DNA of 64,000 nucleotides from assembly GCA_018970445.1 (NCBI GenBank), contig JAGWWF010000009.1, forward strand, positions 2,141 through 66,140. The letters run 5' to 3'. This document shows, piece by piece, positions 42,923 to 52,995 of this stretch (position 1 is the first letter of the stretch; every line of letters starts with the position of its first letter). The translations under genes and the position numbers were made by a program. The stretch is from Alphaproteobacteria bacterium (GTDB taxonomy: Bacteria; Pseudomonadota; Alphaproteobacteria; Sphingomonadales; Sphingomonadaceae). The notes under the pieces are model-generated. The model did not search any database, was not told the origin of the DNA, and saw nothing but the letters and a program-made list of their open reading frames with translations.

Positions 42923-43963
42923 TCAGGGCAGCAACAGGCTGCCGTCGCCATAGGAATAGAAACGATATTCCTTTTCAATGGCATGCGCGTACGCCCGGCG
43001 CATGACGTCCAGCCCCATCAGCGCGCTGACCAGCATGAACAAGGTGGATCGCGGCAGGTGGAAATTGGTGATCAGGCCGTCGATGGCCTTCAGGCGATGG
43101 CCGGGGGTGATAAAGATGCTGGTATCGCCGGTGAAGGCGCGGATCTCGCCGGTTTCGGCGACACAGGATTCGAGCAGCCGCAACGATGTGGTGCCCACCG
43201 AGATGATGCGGCCGCCGGCGGCGCGGGCGGCGTTCAGCCGGGCGGCGGTGGCGGCATCGATGCTGCCCCATTCGGCGTGCATCCTGTGGTCTTCCACCCT
43301 GGCGGCCTTCACCGGCAGGAAGGTGCCCGCCCCCACGTGCAGCGTCACGGTTTCGCGGGTGATGCCGGCATCGGCCAGCGCGGCCCACAGGCGCGGGGTG
43401 AAATGCAGGCCGGCGGTGGGGGCCGCAACCGCGCCGTCCTTCGCGGCATGCAGCGTCTGGTAATCGGCGGCATCGCGGGCATCGGTGCCGCGCCGGCGGG
43501 CGATATAGGGCGGCAGCGGCATCTGCCCCACGCGTTCCAGCGCCTGTTCCAGCGTTTCGCCGGGCCGCGCCACAAAGCGCCACAGCACCCCGCCTTCATC
43601 GCCCTTGTCCAGCACCTCGCCGGCCAGGCCGGGGCCAAAATCCACCCGGTCGCCGGGCTTCAGCCGGCGGGCATTCTTCACGAAGCTCCACCACTGGTCG
43701 GCCGCTTCGCGCTTGTGCAGGGTCACGCCGATATGGGCCTGGCCCTTTTGCGCATGCAGCTGGGCCGGGATCACCCGCGTGTCGTTCACCACCAGCACAT
43801 CGCCGCGCCGCAAGCGCGCCGGCAGATCCATGAAGGTGAAATCGCCCAGGTGGCCGATGTCGCGGCCGGTCACGCACAGCAGCCGGGCGGCATCGCGTGG
43901 ATTGGCCGGGCGCAGGGCGATGCGGTCTTCGGGCAGGGGGAAATCGAAATCATCGACCAGCAT
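42923..43963 (-). CDS. queA: S-adenosylmethionine:tRNA ribosyltransferase-isomerase
   Basis: [24 protein letters not shown] at the N-terminus, then GLHFT and [15 protein letters not shown]. An alternative start lies at 43993. Confidence 0.9.
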   Translation of the reverse strand: MLVDDFDFPLPEDRIALRPANPRDAARLLCVTGRDIGHLGDFTFMDLPARLRRGDVLVVNDTRVIPAQLHAQKGQAHIGVTLHKREAADQWWSFVKNARRLKPGDRVDFGPGLAGEVLDKGDEGGVLWRFVARPGETLEQALERVGQMPLPPYIARRRGTDARDAADYQTLHAAKDGAVAAPTAGLHFTPRLWAALADAGITRETVTLHVGAGTFLPVKAARVEDHRMHAEWGSIDAATAARLNAARAAGGRIISVGTTSLRLLESCVAETGEIRAFTGDTSIFITPGHRLKAIDGLITNFHLPRSTLFMLVSALMGLDVMRRAYAHAIEKEYRFYSYGDGSLLLP

Positions 43964-44006
43964 CGGGGGAACAGCCCTTGGGTGGTGTGTCAAATTGGCG
44001 AAGCGA

Positions 44007-44726
44007 TCAGCGCGGCGGCACCGGTGCGCCAGTCGGCGGCGGCAGGCCCAGCGCGCCGGCCGGTATCGGCGTGGCGGCCGGTTTCAGCGCGGCGAAATCC
44101 GGTGGTGGCACCTTGTCGGCGGCGATGCTGGCCTTGATGATCTTGCTGGGACTGTCCGGCGGCTCGCCCTTTTCGATGGCGTCGACATATTTCATGCCTT
44201 CGACCACCCGGCCCCAGATCGTGTAGGTGCGATCCAGCCGCAGCACCGGCATCAGCACGATATAGAACTGGCTGTTGGCGCTGTCCTCGCTCTGGGCGCG
44301 GGCCATGGCGACGGCGCCGCGCACATGCGGCAGATCGTTGAATTCGGCCTTTAGGTCGGGCAGTTTCGATCCGCCCTGCCCGGTGGCGGTGGGATCACCG
44401 CCCTGGGCCATGAAATTCTCGATCACGCGGTGGAACAGCGTGCCATCGTAAAAGCCTTCGCGCACCAGCGTCTTGATGCGTTCGACATGCTTTGGGGCGA
44501 CATCGGGGCGCATCACGATCTTCACCCGGCCACCGGTCGAAAGATCGAGCAGCAGGATATTCTCCTCGCTCACCTGGGCCAGCGCGCCGGCCAGGTTGGA
44601 CGGCCCGGCCATTTCCGGCAGCTTGGGCGGCGCCTTCAGATCCTTGGGATCGATGCGCTGCTGCTGGGCCGGCGCCGGGGCGGCGACGGCCAGGGCAATG
44701 GCAAGCAGGCGGAACAATCGCATCAT
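44007..44726 (-). CDS. Peptidyl-prolyl cis-trans isomerase, cyclophilin type, secreted
   Basis: Signal peptide [20 protein letters not shown]. Core motifs [15 protein letters not shown] and NSQFYI, and a Pro-rich C-terminal tail. Confidence 0.9.
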   Translation of the reverse strand: MMRLFRLLAIALAVAAPAPAQQQRIDPKDLKAPPKLPEMAGPSNLAGALAQVSEENILLLDLSTGGRVKIVMRPDVAPKHVERIKTLVREGFYDGTLFHRVIENFMAQGGDPTATGQGGSKLPDLKAEFNDLPHVRGAVAMARAQSEDSANSQFYIVLMPVLRLDRTYTIWGRVVEGMKYVDAIEKGEPPDSPSKIIKASIAADKVPPPDFAALKPAATPIPAGALGLPPPTGAPVPPR

Positions 44727-45223
44727 TTGCCCTTCAAACCGGTCAATTGCACCCGCGCCACCACATCATCGGCGATGCCGGGCGGCACGAACTTGTGAAT
44801 GTCGCCACCATAGACCGCGATTTCCTTGACCAGACGTGAAGCGATCGGCTGCAAGGCCACATCGGCCATCAGGAACACCTGTTCGATATCATCGTTCAGG
44901 GCGCGGTTCATGCCGGTCATCTGGAATTCATATTCGAAATCGCCGGCGCCGCGCAGGCCGCGCACGATGATCGTGGCGCCCAGCCGCTGGGCAAACACCA
45001 TCAGCAGCTCGTCGAAATCGGCCACCTCCACATTGGGAATGTCGGCGGTTTCGCGGATGATCTGGGCCTTGCGTTCGGCCAGGGTGAACATCGGCGATTT
45101 GGATGGATTGGTGGCCACGCCGATCACCAGCCGGTCCACCAGCCGGGCGCCGCGGCGGATGATGTCCAGATGCCCCAGCGTCATCGGATCGAAGGTGCCG
45201 GGATAAACGCCGATCCGGGTCAT
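44723..45223 (-). CDS. coaD: Phosphopantetheine adenylyltransferase
   Basis: MTRIGVYPGTFDPMTLGHLDIIRR. ATGA overlap with the downstream ppi gene. Confidence 0.9.
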   Translation of the reverse strand: MTRIGVYPGTFDPMTLGHLDIIRRGARLVDRLVIGVATNPSKSPMFTLAERKAQIIRETADIPNVEVADFDELLMVFAQRLGATIIVRGLRGAGDFEYEFQMTGMNRALNDDIEQVFLMADVALQPIASRLVKEIAVYGGDIHKFVPPGIADDVVARVQLTGLKGK

Positions 45224-45233
45224 GCTCGCTCCC

Positions 45234-46133
45234 TCAATTGTCGCGCTCCACGGCAAAGCGGGCAATGGCGCGCAGCAGATCGGCCTCTGGCCCATAGGAT
45301 GAAAGATGGCCGATGGCCTGATCGATCAGGGCATGGGCCTGGGCGCGGGCGCGCTCCACCCCCAGCAGCGAGACAAAGGTCGCCTTGCCGGCGGCGGCAT
45401 CCTTCTGCACCGCCTTGCCGGTTTTCGCCGACGTGCCTTCCACATCCAGCAGATCATCGGCAATCTGGAAGGCCAGGCCCAGATCGCGGGCATAGGCGCG
45501 CAGCGGCTTGCGCTGCCCATCCGATGCCCGGCCCATGATCGCGCCGGCTTCCAGGCACCACTGGATCAGCGCTCCGGTCTTGAGCTGCTGCAACCGGGTG
45601 ATGCCGGCCAAGTCGTACAGCACGTCGCCGGCCACCAGATCCATCATCTGGCCGCCGGCCATCCCGGCCGGGCCGGATTGCTGCGCCAGTTCGGTCACCA
45701 GTTCCAGCCGGGCGATCGGGTCTTCGTGGGTGGCCGGATCGGCCAGGATTTCAAAGGCGATATCGTGCAGGCAATCGCCGGCCAGCACGGCGGTGGCCTC
45801 GTCGAACGCCTTGTGCACGGTGGGCTTGCCGCGGCGCATGTCGTCATCATCCATGCAGGGCAGATCATCGTGGATCAGGCTGTAACAATGGATGCATTCA
45901 ATGGCGAGCGCCACCCTGAGCGCGCGTTCGCGATCGACATGGAACAGATCGCACGCCGCCACCACCAAGAGCGGGCGCATGCGCTTGCCGCCGCCGATCA
46001 CGGCGTGGCGCATGGCTTCATACAGGCGGGCGCGGCTGTCGTCGGGCACCGTCAGCAGCCGGTCAAAGCGCTGATCAATGGCCTTGCCGATGGCATCCAG
46101 CGCCGGTTTCAGCATTGCAGGAGACGGAACCAT
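45234..46133 (-). CDS. ispA: Polyprenyl (farnesyl/geranylgeranyl) diphosphate synthase
   Basis: First Asp-rich motif LIHDDLPCMDDDDMRRG and second Asp-rich motif FQIADDLLD. Confidence 0.9.
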   Translation of the reverse strand: MVPSPAMLKPALDAIGKAIDQRFDRLLTVPDDSRARLYEAMRHAVIGGGKRMRPLLVVAACDLFHVDRERALRVALAIECIHCYSLIHDDLPCMDDDDMRRGKPTVHKAFDEATAVLAGDCLHDIAFEILADPATHEDPIARLELVTELAQQSGPAGMAGGQMMDLVAGDVLYDLAGITRLQQLKTGALIQWCLEAGAIMGRASDGQRKPLRAYARDLGLAFQIADDLLDVEGTSAKTGKAVQKDAAAGKATFVSLLGVERARAQAHALIDQAIGHLSSYGPEADLLRAIARFAVERDN

Positions 46134-46142
46134 GACCGGGCC

Positions 46143-46385
46143 TTATTGCGCATCAAGGGGGCGGGTGGCGACGGGCGCGCCGGCGGCGTTCTGCTGGATC
46201 AGTTCGATGCGCAGCCGGGCATCGGCCAGCCGCGCTTCGCACAACGCCTTCAGGCGCTGGCCGTCCTCATACAGGCGGATCGATTCGTCCAGGCTGCGTT
46301 CCCCGGTTTCCAGCGCACGCACAATTTCTTCAAGGCGCTTCAGCGCCTCTTCAAAGCCAAGCTGGGGGGCCGCATCACTGGTCAT
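46143..46385 (-). CDS. xseB: Exodeoxyribonuclease VII small subunit
   Basis: 80 aa with FEEALKRLEEIVRALETGERSLDESIRLYEDG. The classic xseB-ispA arrangement. Confidence 0.9.
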   Translation of the reverse strand: MTSDAAPQLGFEEALKRLEEIVRALETGERSLDESIRLYEDGQRLKALCEARLADARLRIELIQQNAAGAPVATRPLDAQ

Positions 46386-46544
46386 CGCGGCCGTATCTGG
46401 ACGGGCCGCGACACTTGGTCAAGCACCCGGCGCAGCGACATGCCAATCCGGCCCGGCCGGGGTGCACGCGCCCTGCCAAATCACGGCGCTTGCACCCCGG
46501 TGGCGGCCATCCCACACTTGGCCGCAGCAACCGGAGACGCCGCC

Positions 46545-47657
46545 ATGCCGATCACCACCTTCGCTGCCATATTGCGCGCCCGCGGCCAGCCGTTCAGCCT
46601 TGAAGCGGTGACGCTGGCCGATCCGGGGCCGGGGCAGATCCTGGTCAAGCTGGCGGCCTGCGGCATCTGCTTTACCGATGTTGGCGTGCAGCGTTATGAA
46701 CAGGGTACGCCGCTGCCGCATGTGCTGGGCCATGAAGGTGCGGGCACGGTGCTGGCGGTGGGGCCGGGGGTGGATCATGTCGCCGCCGGGGATCGCGTCG
46801 TGCTCAGCTATGCCAGTTGCGGCAGCTGCGGCCAGTGCACGTCGCACCACCCGCAATATTGCGCCAGCTTCATGGCGCTGAACTATGGCGGGGTGCTGCC
46901 CGATGGCGCGGTGCCGATGCACCAGGGCGATGCGCCGGTCTATGGCGGCTTCTTCGGCCAGTCCAGCTTTGCCGGCCATGCGCTGGCCTATGCCCGCAAC
47001 ACCGTGAAACTGCCCGATGATGTGCCGTTCGCATTGGCCGCGCCCTTTGGCTGTGGCCTGCAAACCGGGGCGGGCACGGTCTACAACACGCTGGATGTGC
47101 AACCGGCGCACAGCTTTGCCGTGATCGGCGCCGGCAGCGTGGGGCTGGCGGCGCTGCTGGCCGCGGTTGATCGCGGCTGCCACACGATCGTGGCCGTCGA
47201 TCGTGTGCCGGAACGGCTGGACCTGGCCCGCCGCATGGGGGCCACGCACAGCATCAATGCCGGCGGCATGGCGGCGGCCGATCTGGCCCTGGCTCTGCGC
47301 GCCATCATCGCCACCGGCATCGACCGCATTGTCGATACCACCGGCGTGTCGGCCGTGGTGCGCGGCGGGCTGGAAGGGCTGGCCGCCCGCGGCCACATGG
47401 CATTGCTTGCCGTTACCGCGCCGGGCACCGAAATCAGCATCAATCCCAACACGCTGCTGGGCGGCCGCCGGCTGGTGGGCGCGGTGGAGGGCGATGCCGA
47501 TCCCCAGACCTTCATCCCCTGGCTGATCGACCGCCACCGCGCCGGCCGCTTCAACCATGCGCCGATCGTGCAGACCTATGATTTCGCCCGCATCAACGAG
47601 GCCGTGGCCGACATGGCCGCCGGCACGGCGGTGAAACCGGTACTGATCATGGCGTGA
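46545..47657 (+). CDS. Zinc-dependent NAD(P) alcohol dehydrogenase (MDR family)
   Basis: Start at MPITTFAAILRARGQPF. Motifs CGICFTDV, GHEGAGTVLAVG, CGSCGQC and the Rossmann motif VIGAGSVGLAA. The track ORF 45306..47657 is this gene fused to an antisense shadow of ispA. Confidence 0.85.
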   Translation: MPITTFAAILRARGQPFSLEAVTLADPGPGQILVKLAACGICFTDVGVQRYEQGTPLPHVLGHEGAGTVLAVGPGVDHVAAGDRVVLSYASCGSCGQCTSHHPQYCASFMALNYGGVLPDGAVPMHQGDAPVYGGFFGQSSFAGHALAYARNTVKLPDDVPFALAAPFGCGLQTGAGTVYNTLDVQPAHSFAVIGAGSVGLAALLAAVDRGCHTIVAVDRVPERLDLARRMGATHSINAGGMAAADLALALRAIIATGIDRIVDTTGVSAVVRGGLEGLAARGHMALLAVTAPGTEISINPNTLLGGRRLVGAVEGDADPQTFIPWLIDRHRAGRFNHAPIVQTYDFARINEAVADMAAGTAVKPVLIMA

Positions 47658-47709
47658 GGCAAGAATATCCGTCATGCTGAACCTGTTTCAGCACGACAAG
47701 CAATGGGCG

Positions 47710-48513
47710 TTATTTCCCCGTGAACTGTGCCGGCCGCTTCTGCAGAAAGGCGCTCACGCCTTCCACGAAATCGGCGGTGCGGCCGGCCTGCAACTGGTTG
47801 CGCCGTTCCACCATCAAGCCTTCAGACAAGGGCTTGTCCAGGCAGTCGCGGATGCCCTGCCGAATGAGGGCATAGGAGCGGGTTGGCCCCTTCGCCAGCT
47901 TTTCGGCCACGCTGCGGGTGGCGGCGGCCAGATCGGCATCGTCCACCACCTTGTACACCATGCCCCAATCGGCGGCGGTTTCGGCCGAAATGCGTTCGCC
48001 CAGCATCATCATCGCCTGCGCCCGCGCCCGGCCGGCCAGCCGCGGCAGCAGCCAGGTCGATCCCACATCGGGCACCAGCCCGATATTGACGAACGCCTGC
48101 AGGAAATAGGCGGATCGGGCCGCGATCACGATGTCTCCGGCCAGGGCATAGGAACAGCCGGCCCCCGCCGCCGGGCCATTGACCGCGGTGACAAACGGCA
48201 CCGGCAGCGCGAACAGCCGTTCCAGCAGGGGGTTGAAATGGCTTTCCAGCACGGCGCCGGCATCGGGCGGGCCGGATCGGCGCGCGCCGCCACCGCCGGC
48301 ACCGCCGCCGGCCAGATCGGCGCCCGAACAAAAGGCGCGGCCGGCGCCGGTGAGCACCAGCACGCGCGCCGTGCCTTCATCGCGCACCCGGTCCACCGCA
48401 TCGATCATTTCGGCAATCACGCCGATGTGCAGCGCGTTCAGCGCCTGCGGGCGGTTGATGGTGATGGTGGCGATGCCGTCGGCTTCGTCAAACAGGATAT
48501 GCTCATAGGCCAT
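47710..48513 (-). CDS. Enoyl-CoA hydratase/isomerase family protein
   Basis: Start at MAYEHILFDEADGIATITINRPQALNAL. Crotonase motif VLVLTGAGRAFCSGADL. Confidence 0.85.
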   Translation of the reverse strand: MAYEHILFDEADGIATITINRPQALNALHIGVIAEMIDAVDRVRDEGTARVLVLTGAGRAFCSGADLAGGGAGGGGARRSGPPDAGAVLESHFNPLLERLFALPVPFVTAVNGPAAGAGCSYALAGDIVIAARSAYFLQAFVNIGLVPDVGSTWLLPRLAGRARAQAMMMLGERISAETAADWGMVYKVVDDADLAAATRSVAEKLAKGPTRSYALIRQGIRDCLDKPLSEGLMVERRNQLQAGRTADFVEGVSAFLQKRPAQFTGK

Positions 48514-48572
48514 GGTTGGTCTCCCTTGGCGATCACGATAGGCAGGCGATGGGCGGGGCGTCACCCCACCAT

Positions 48573-49730
48573 TCAGCCAAGGTCGGGCCCAAGGTCTGGC
48601 CCAAGCTCCGGCAACGTCTCCAGGATCGCCGCCAGGCAATCGCGGCCCAGCTGCATGGATCGCGCCGGCGACCAGCCATGATCGGCGCAGGGCAGATCAT
48701 CATTGTCCTTGAACGGCATTTCCAGCGTCATGGCCAGGCAGCCAAAGCGCATCGCCAGCTGGTTGGTGCTCATCGCCAGATTGGCGGTGCCGGGCCGGGC
48801 CACCGGATAGCCCTTCGCCGTCTGGAAATCCGGGCTGATCCGCGCCAGCCGTGCCTTGTAATCATGCAGCGATTGCAACTGCCGGTCGGTGATCGACGGG
48901 ATGCCTTCAAAGCCGGCGATGAACACCTGGGGGATCGCCTCGTCGCCATGCACATCCATGGCCAGATGGCAGCCGGCCTTGTCCATCGCGGCCAGCACGC
49001 ACAGCACTTCGGGCGATTTTTCCGGCGACGGCGCGTGCCATTCGCGGTTCAGGTTCACGCCGGCGGCATTGGTGCGCAGATGGCCGCGCACACTGCCATC
49101 CGGGTTCATGTTGGGCACGATGTGGAAGGTGGCCAACTGGCGCAGCCGCCGCGCCACCGGATCGGCCGGATCGCACAATCGCTCCAGCGCGCCTTCCATC
49201 CACCATTGCGCCATGCTCTCCCCCGGATGCTGGCGGGCATAGAGCCAAACCGGCTTCGGCCCCTCCCCCAGCACCAGCCGGTCGATCGGCCGGCCATCCA
49301 GGCTATGGCCCAGCACATCGGCCGTCACACCGGGCCGGGCGGCGATGCGGGCGATCAGATCATGGTGGCGCTCCAGGCTGTAGGGCGCGAAATAGGCCAG
49401 CCACAGCTGGTCAACCGTGGGCGTGACGATGATGGTCAACGTGCCATTGGCCTGGCGCGGATCAAAGCTGGTTTCGGCCCGCGTCCACGTCTGCCGATCG
49501 GCCGACACACAGGCGCGATAGCCGGGCCAGCCATCGGGATAGGCCGAAAAGTTCAGATCGATGATGCGGATGATGCAGCGCTGGCCGCGCGCGCCCGACA
49601 GGCGGAAATGGAACCATTGATAGAAATCGCTGTGCGCGTCGCGGTTGATCGACAGCACGATCTCGTGGGGGCCGGCGATGCGTTCCACCTTGATGTTGCC
49701 GGAATCAAAGCCGGCGTCGATGCTGATCAT
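48573..49730 (-). CDS. M14 family zinc carboxypeptidase-like protein (cytosolic carboxypeptidase type)
   Basis: Start at MISIDAGFDSGNI, with the N-terminal beta domain FYQWFHFRL. Zinc-ligand motif RQHPGESMAQWWMEG (HxxE) and a later MDVHGDE. Confidence 0.75.
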   Translation of the reverse strand: MISIDAGFDSGNIKVERIAGPHEIVLSINRDAHSDFYQWFHFRLSGARGQRCIIRIIDLNFSAYPDGWPGYRACVSADRQTWTRAETSFDPRQANGTLTIIVTPTVDQLWLAYFAPYSLERHHDLIARIAARPGVTADVLGHSLDGRPIDRLVLGEGPKPVWLYARQHPGESMAQWWMEGALERLCDPADPVARRLRQLATFHIVPNMNPDGSVRGHLRTNAAGVNLNREWHAPSPEKSPEVLCVLAAMDKAGCHLAMDVHGDEAIPQVFIAGFEGIPSITDRQLQSLHDYKARLARISPDFQTAKGYPVARPGTANLAMSTNQLAMRFGCLAMTLEMPFKDNDDLPCADHGWSPARSMQLGRDCLAAILETLPELGPDLGPDLG

Positions 49731-49878
49731 GGGTCTGGCCCTCCCCTTTGGCTGCGGCCCCGTTGCTGGCAGAGCCACCGCCATCAGGCAAGCGGCGCAG
49801 CGTTTGGTTGACAAAGCCACCGCCCTCGCATAGCTCGCTGCCTTCACATTTCCACCGATTCACTGCCGGAAGCGATCC

Positions 49879-50004
49879 ATGAAAGTCCGCAACAGCCTCA
49901 AGAGCCTCAAGGGCCGTCACCGCGATTGCCAGGTGGTGCGCCGCCATGGCCGCACCTATGTGATCAACAAGACCAACCGCCGCTTCAAGGCCCGCCAGGG
50001 CTGA
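49879..50004 (+). CDS. rpmJ: 50S ribosomal protein L36
   Basis: Below the ORF-track size cutoff. My translation is [41 protein letters not shown], 41 aa, the form I recall as standard in alphaproteobacteria. Confidence 0.85.
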   Translation: MKVRNSLKSLKGRHRDCQVVRRHGRTYVINKTNRRFKARQG

Positions 50005-50083
50005 AGCCAGCGCCGGCCCCGCGGCCGGCCGGTTGATGGTGCAAGGCCCCTGCCATCCGGCGGGGGTTTTGCTGTTTGGGGTG

Positions 50084-50692
50084 ATGGCCATGGTGCGGGC
50101 GGTCGTGTTCGATGTCGGCAACGTGCTCTATGGCTGGGACATCAGGGCGCTTTATGCCCGGCTGATCCCCGATCCGGTGGAGCTGGACTGGTTCTGCACC
50201 CATGTGGTGACGCCCGATTGGCATTTCGCCCATGATCGCGGCGTGGATTTCGCCAGCAACGCCGCTGCGCTGATCGCCCGCTTTCCCGCCCAGGCCGATC
50301 TGATCCGCGCCTTTGGCCCGCGCTTCAACGAAACCATCACCGGGCCGCTGCCCGGCATGATCGTGCTGGTGGAACAGCTGGCGGCGCGCGGCGTGCCGAT
50401 CTTTGGCATCACCAATTTTTCCCACGAATTCTGGCCGCCCTTCCGCGCCACCGCGCCGCTGTTCGATCATTTTGCCGATATCATCGTGTCGGGCACCGAA
50501 TGTCTGGCCAAGCCCGATCCGGCGATCTACCGGCTGGCGCTGCGCCGCTTTGGCCTGGCCCGCCACGAAGCCATCTTCATCGACGACCGCGCCGACAATG
50601 TCGCCGGCGCGGCGGATTTCTTCCTGACCCACCTTTTCCGCGATGCCGAAACCCTGGCCGCCGAACTGCGCCACCTGGGGCTGCTGGGCTGA
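50084..50692 (+). CDS. HAD superfamily hydrolase (subfamily IA-like)
   Basis: N-terminal motif I VVFDVGNVLY, then ITNFS and a late FIDDRADNV. Start chosen at MAMVRAVVFD (the track ORF starts at 50033). Confidence 0.75.
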   Translation: MAMVRAVVFDVGNVLYGWDIRALYARLIPDPVELDWFCTHVVTPDWHFAHDRGVDFASNAAALIARFPAQADLIRAFGPRFNETITGPLPGMIVLVEQLAARGVPIFGITNFSHEFWPPFRATAPLFDHFADIIVSGTECLAKPDPAIYRLALRRFGLARHEAIFIDDRADNVAGAADFFLTHLFRDAETLAAELRHLGLLG

Positions 50693-50723
50693 AGCCGGCG
50701 ATTGTTCACGCTCGCTGCGCTCG

Positions 50724-50803
50724 CACCCTCTCCCTGCCCCTCCCTTTCAGGGAGGGGAGAATGACTGCTCCCCTCCCTGAAAGGGAGGGGCCGGGGGAGG
50801 GTG
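50724..50803. repeat. 80-bp palindromic element: two inverted 36-nt units, each a C/G-box plus a hairpin, same family as the DUF559 terminal repeats
   Basis: 50724-50759 reads caccctctccctgcccctccctttcagggaggggag. The reverse complement of 50768-50803 reads caccctcccccggcccctccctttcagggaggggag (34 of 36 identical). The element lies between the convergent HAD-hydrolase and pyk genes. Confidence 0.85.
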
Positions 50804-50836
50804 TTCCCAAACCTCAAGAACGGTCGCGCCCGCCAC

Positions 50837-52288
50837 TCAATAATTCTTCAGCTCATCCCCCGTCAGCCGCACGACATGCACGACATTGGTGGTGCCCGGC
50901 GTGGAAAACGGCACCCCGGCGATCAGCACCAGCGGATCGCCGCCTTTGGCGAGATGGGCGCGCAAGGCCATGCGCTTGGATTTGGCCACCATTTCTTCAA
51001 AACTGCCGACATCGCGCGTCACCACGGCATGCACGCCCCACACCAGCCCCATGCGCCGCGCCGTCGCCAGCGCCGGGGTGAGGCACAGCACCGGCACGGC
51101 GGCGCGTTCGCGGGCGGCGCGGCCGGCGGTGGAACCCGAAATGGTGAAGCACACAATGGCGCGTGCGCCGATGGCACGGCTGATATCGGCGGCGGCCGCG
51201 GTGATGGCGGCGGCGGTGGAACGGCCGGTGGCGGTGGCGGTGAAATGCACCCGGCTGTCATAACCGGGATCGGCCTCCACCTCGGCGGCGATCGCGTCCA
51301 TCATCGCCACCGCCTCCACCGGAAATTGCCCGGCGGCGCTTTCGGCCGACAGCATCACCGCATCGGCCCCATCATAGATGGCGGTGGCCACATCCGACAC
51401 TTCGGCGCGGGTGGGAGTGGGCGCGGTGATCATCGATTCCAGCATCTGGGTGGCCACCACCACCGGCTTGCCCATCATGCGCGCGGTGGCGACGATGCGT
51501 TTCTGCGCCGGCGGCACCGCCTGGGGCGGCAATTCCACCCCCAGATCGCCGCGCGCCACCATCACCGCATCGGCCAGTTCCAGTATCTCGTCCAGCCGCT
51601 CCAGCGCCGCCGGCTTTTCGATCTTCGCCAGCAGCGCGGCGCGGCCGCCGATCAGCCGCCGCGCCTCGGCCACGTCTTCGGGCCGCTGCACAAAGCTCAG
51701 CGCGATCCAGTCCACCTCGCAATCCAGCGCGAAATCCAGATCGGCGCGGTCCTTCACCGTCAACGCCGGCAGCGGCACCACCACATCGGGCACGTTGACA
51801 CCCTTGTTGTCCTTGATCGTGCCCGGCACTTCCACCCGGCAATCGATGGCATCGGCCGAAACCGCCACGGCGCGCAGCACGATCTTGCCATCATCCACCA
51901 GCAGGCGCGCGCCGGGGCGCAGCGCGGCAAAGATTTCCCGGTGCGGCAGGCAGGCGCGGGTGGCATCGCCGGGCGCCGTATCCCGATCCAGCCGGAAGGC
52001 CGCCCCCGCCACCAGTTCGGCACTGCCACCCGCGATGCGCCCCACCCGCAGCTTGGGCCCCTGCAGATCGGCCAATATGGCAATGGGCCGGCCATTGGCC
52101 TGTTCCACGGCGCGCACCGCCCGGATCAGCGCGGCCTGGGAGTCGTGGCTGCCGTGGCTCATGTTCACGCGAAAGGCATCGGCGCCGGCTTCGTGCAGGC
52201 GGGCGATCATCGCCTCGCTCGCCGATGCCGGGCCCAGCGTGGCAAGAACCTTGACCCGGCGGCCACGGGGCTCAAGATGACGGGACAT
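50837..52288 (-). CDS. pyk: Pyruvate kinase
   Basis: 483 aa with KVLATLGPAS, MVARGDLGVE and VATQMLESM motifs. Confidence 0.9.
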   Translation of the reverse strand: MSRHLEPRGRRVKVLATLGPASASEAMIARLHEAGADAFRVNMSHGSHDSQAALIRAVRAVEQANGRPIAILADLQGPKLRVGRIAGGSAELVAGAAFRLDRDTAPGDATRACLPHREIFAALRPGARLLVDDGKIVLRAVAVSADAIDCRVEVPGTIKDNKGVNVPDVVVPLPALTVKDRADLDFALDCEVDWIALSFVQRPEDVAEARRLIGGRAALLAKIEKPAALERLDEILELADAVMVARGDLGVELPPQAVPPAQKRIVATARMMGKPVVVATQMLESMITAPTPTRAEVSDVATAIYDGADAVMLSAESAAGQFPVEAVAMMDAIAAEVEADPGYDSRVHFTATATGRSTAAAITAAAADISRAIGARAIVCFTISGSTAGRAARERAAVPVLCLTPALATARRMGLVWGVHAVVTRDVGSFEEMVAKSKRMALRAHLAKGGDPLVLIAGVPFSTPGTTNVVHVVRLTGDELKNY

Positions 52289-52363
52289 GGGAAGGCCTTT
52301 GCAACTGGTTTGCCGCTGGATAGCCGGTCATGCGGCGCAATGCCACAGGGGAGAGACGAGAAA

Positions 52364-52705
52364 ATGACAGATGCCACAGTTGGTTCGGCGCTGCTGGCCG
52401 ATCCGGCCACGCGCGAACGGCTGGAAGCCGCCGCCTTCCGCCGCCTGATCACGCACCTGCGCCAGCGCAGCGATGTGCAGAATGTCGATCTGATGGGCTG
52501 GGGCGGTTTCTGCCGCAACTGCCTGGGCGATTGGCTGCACGAGGAAGCGGCGGCGCTGGATCTCGCGCTGTCGAAGGCGGATGGCCGCACCCATGTCTAT
52601 GGCATGGCCCAGGCCGAGTGGAAGGCGCGGCATCAGCAGCCGGCCAGCCAGGCGCAGCTGGACCGCATGGCCGAATCGCTGGCGAAGAACGAGGCCGTCC
52701 GCTAA
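52364..52705 (+). CDS. DUF1244 domain protein
   Basis: MTDATVGSALLADPATRERLEAAAFRRLITHLRQRSDVQNVDLMGWGGFCRNCLGDW. The family call is from memory. ATG at 52364, in frame inside a longer track ORF. Confidence 0.75.
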   Translation: MTDATVGSALLADPATRERLEAAAFRRLITHLRQRSDVQNVDLMGWGGFCRNCLGDWLHEEAAALDLALSKADGRTHVYGMAQAEWKARHQQPASQAQLDRMAESLAKNEAVR

Positions 52706-52741
52706 CCCCCGGAGCGACCATCAAGACCATCAGGGACGATC

Positions 52742-52981
52742 ATGAGCGACGAAAATGTCTCCGCCAGCCAGCTGCGCCTGTTCATCGAGCGCATCGAGAC
52801 GCTGGAGGAAGAGAAGAAGGGCATCGCCGACGACATCAAGGATGTCTATGCCGAAGCCAAGGGCACCGGTTTCGACATCAAGACGATGAAGACGCTGGTG
52901 CGGCTGCGCAAGATGGAAACGGCGGCCCGGCAGGAAGCCGAGGCGCTGCTGGAAACCTATCGGGCCGCCATCGGCCTGTGA
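52742..52981 (+). CDS. DUF2312 family protein (GapR-like nucleoid-associated protein)
   Basis: 79 aa with [50 protein letters not shown], the highly conserved DUF2312 sequence. Confidence 0.85.
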   Translation: MSDENVSASQLRLFIERIETLEEEKKGIADDIKDVYAEAKGTGFDIKTMKTLVRLRKMETAARQEAEALLETYRAAIGL

Positions 52982-52995
52982 ACAAGGACAATCGC

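Noticed and set aside
49879-50004. L36 of the non-zinc (YkgO-like) type as a marker of a Zur regulon, linked to the putative zinc transporter
   Set aside because: As far as I recall, this 41-aa form is the standard and only L36 in alphaproteobacteria, so its presence carries no regulatory implication by itself.
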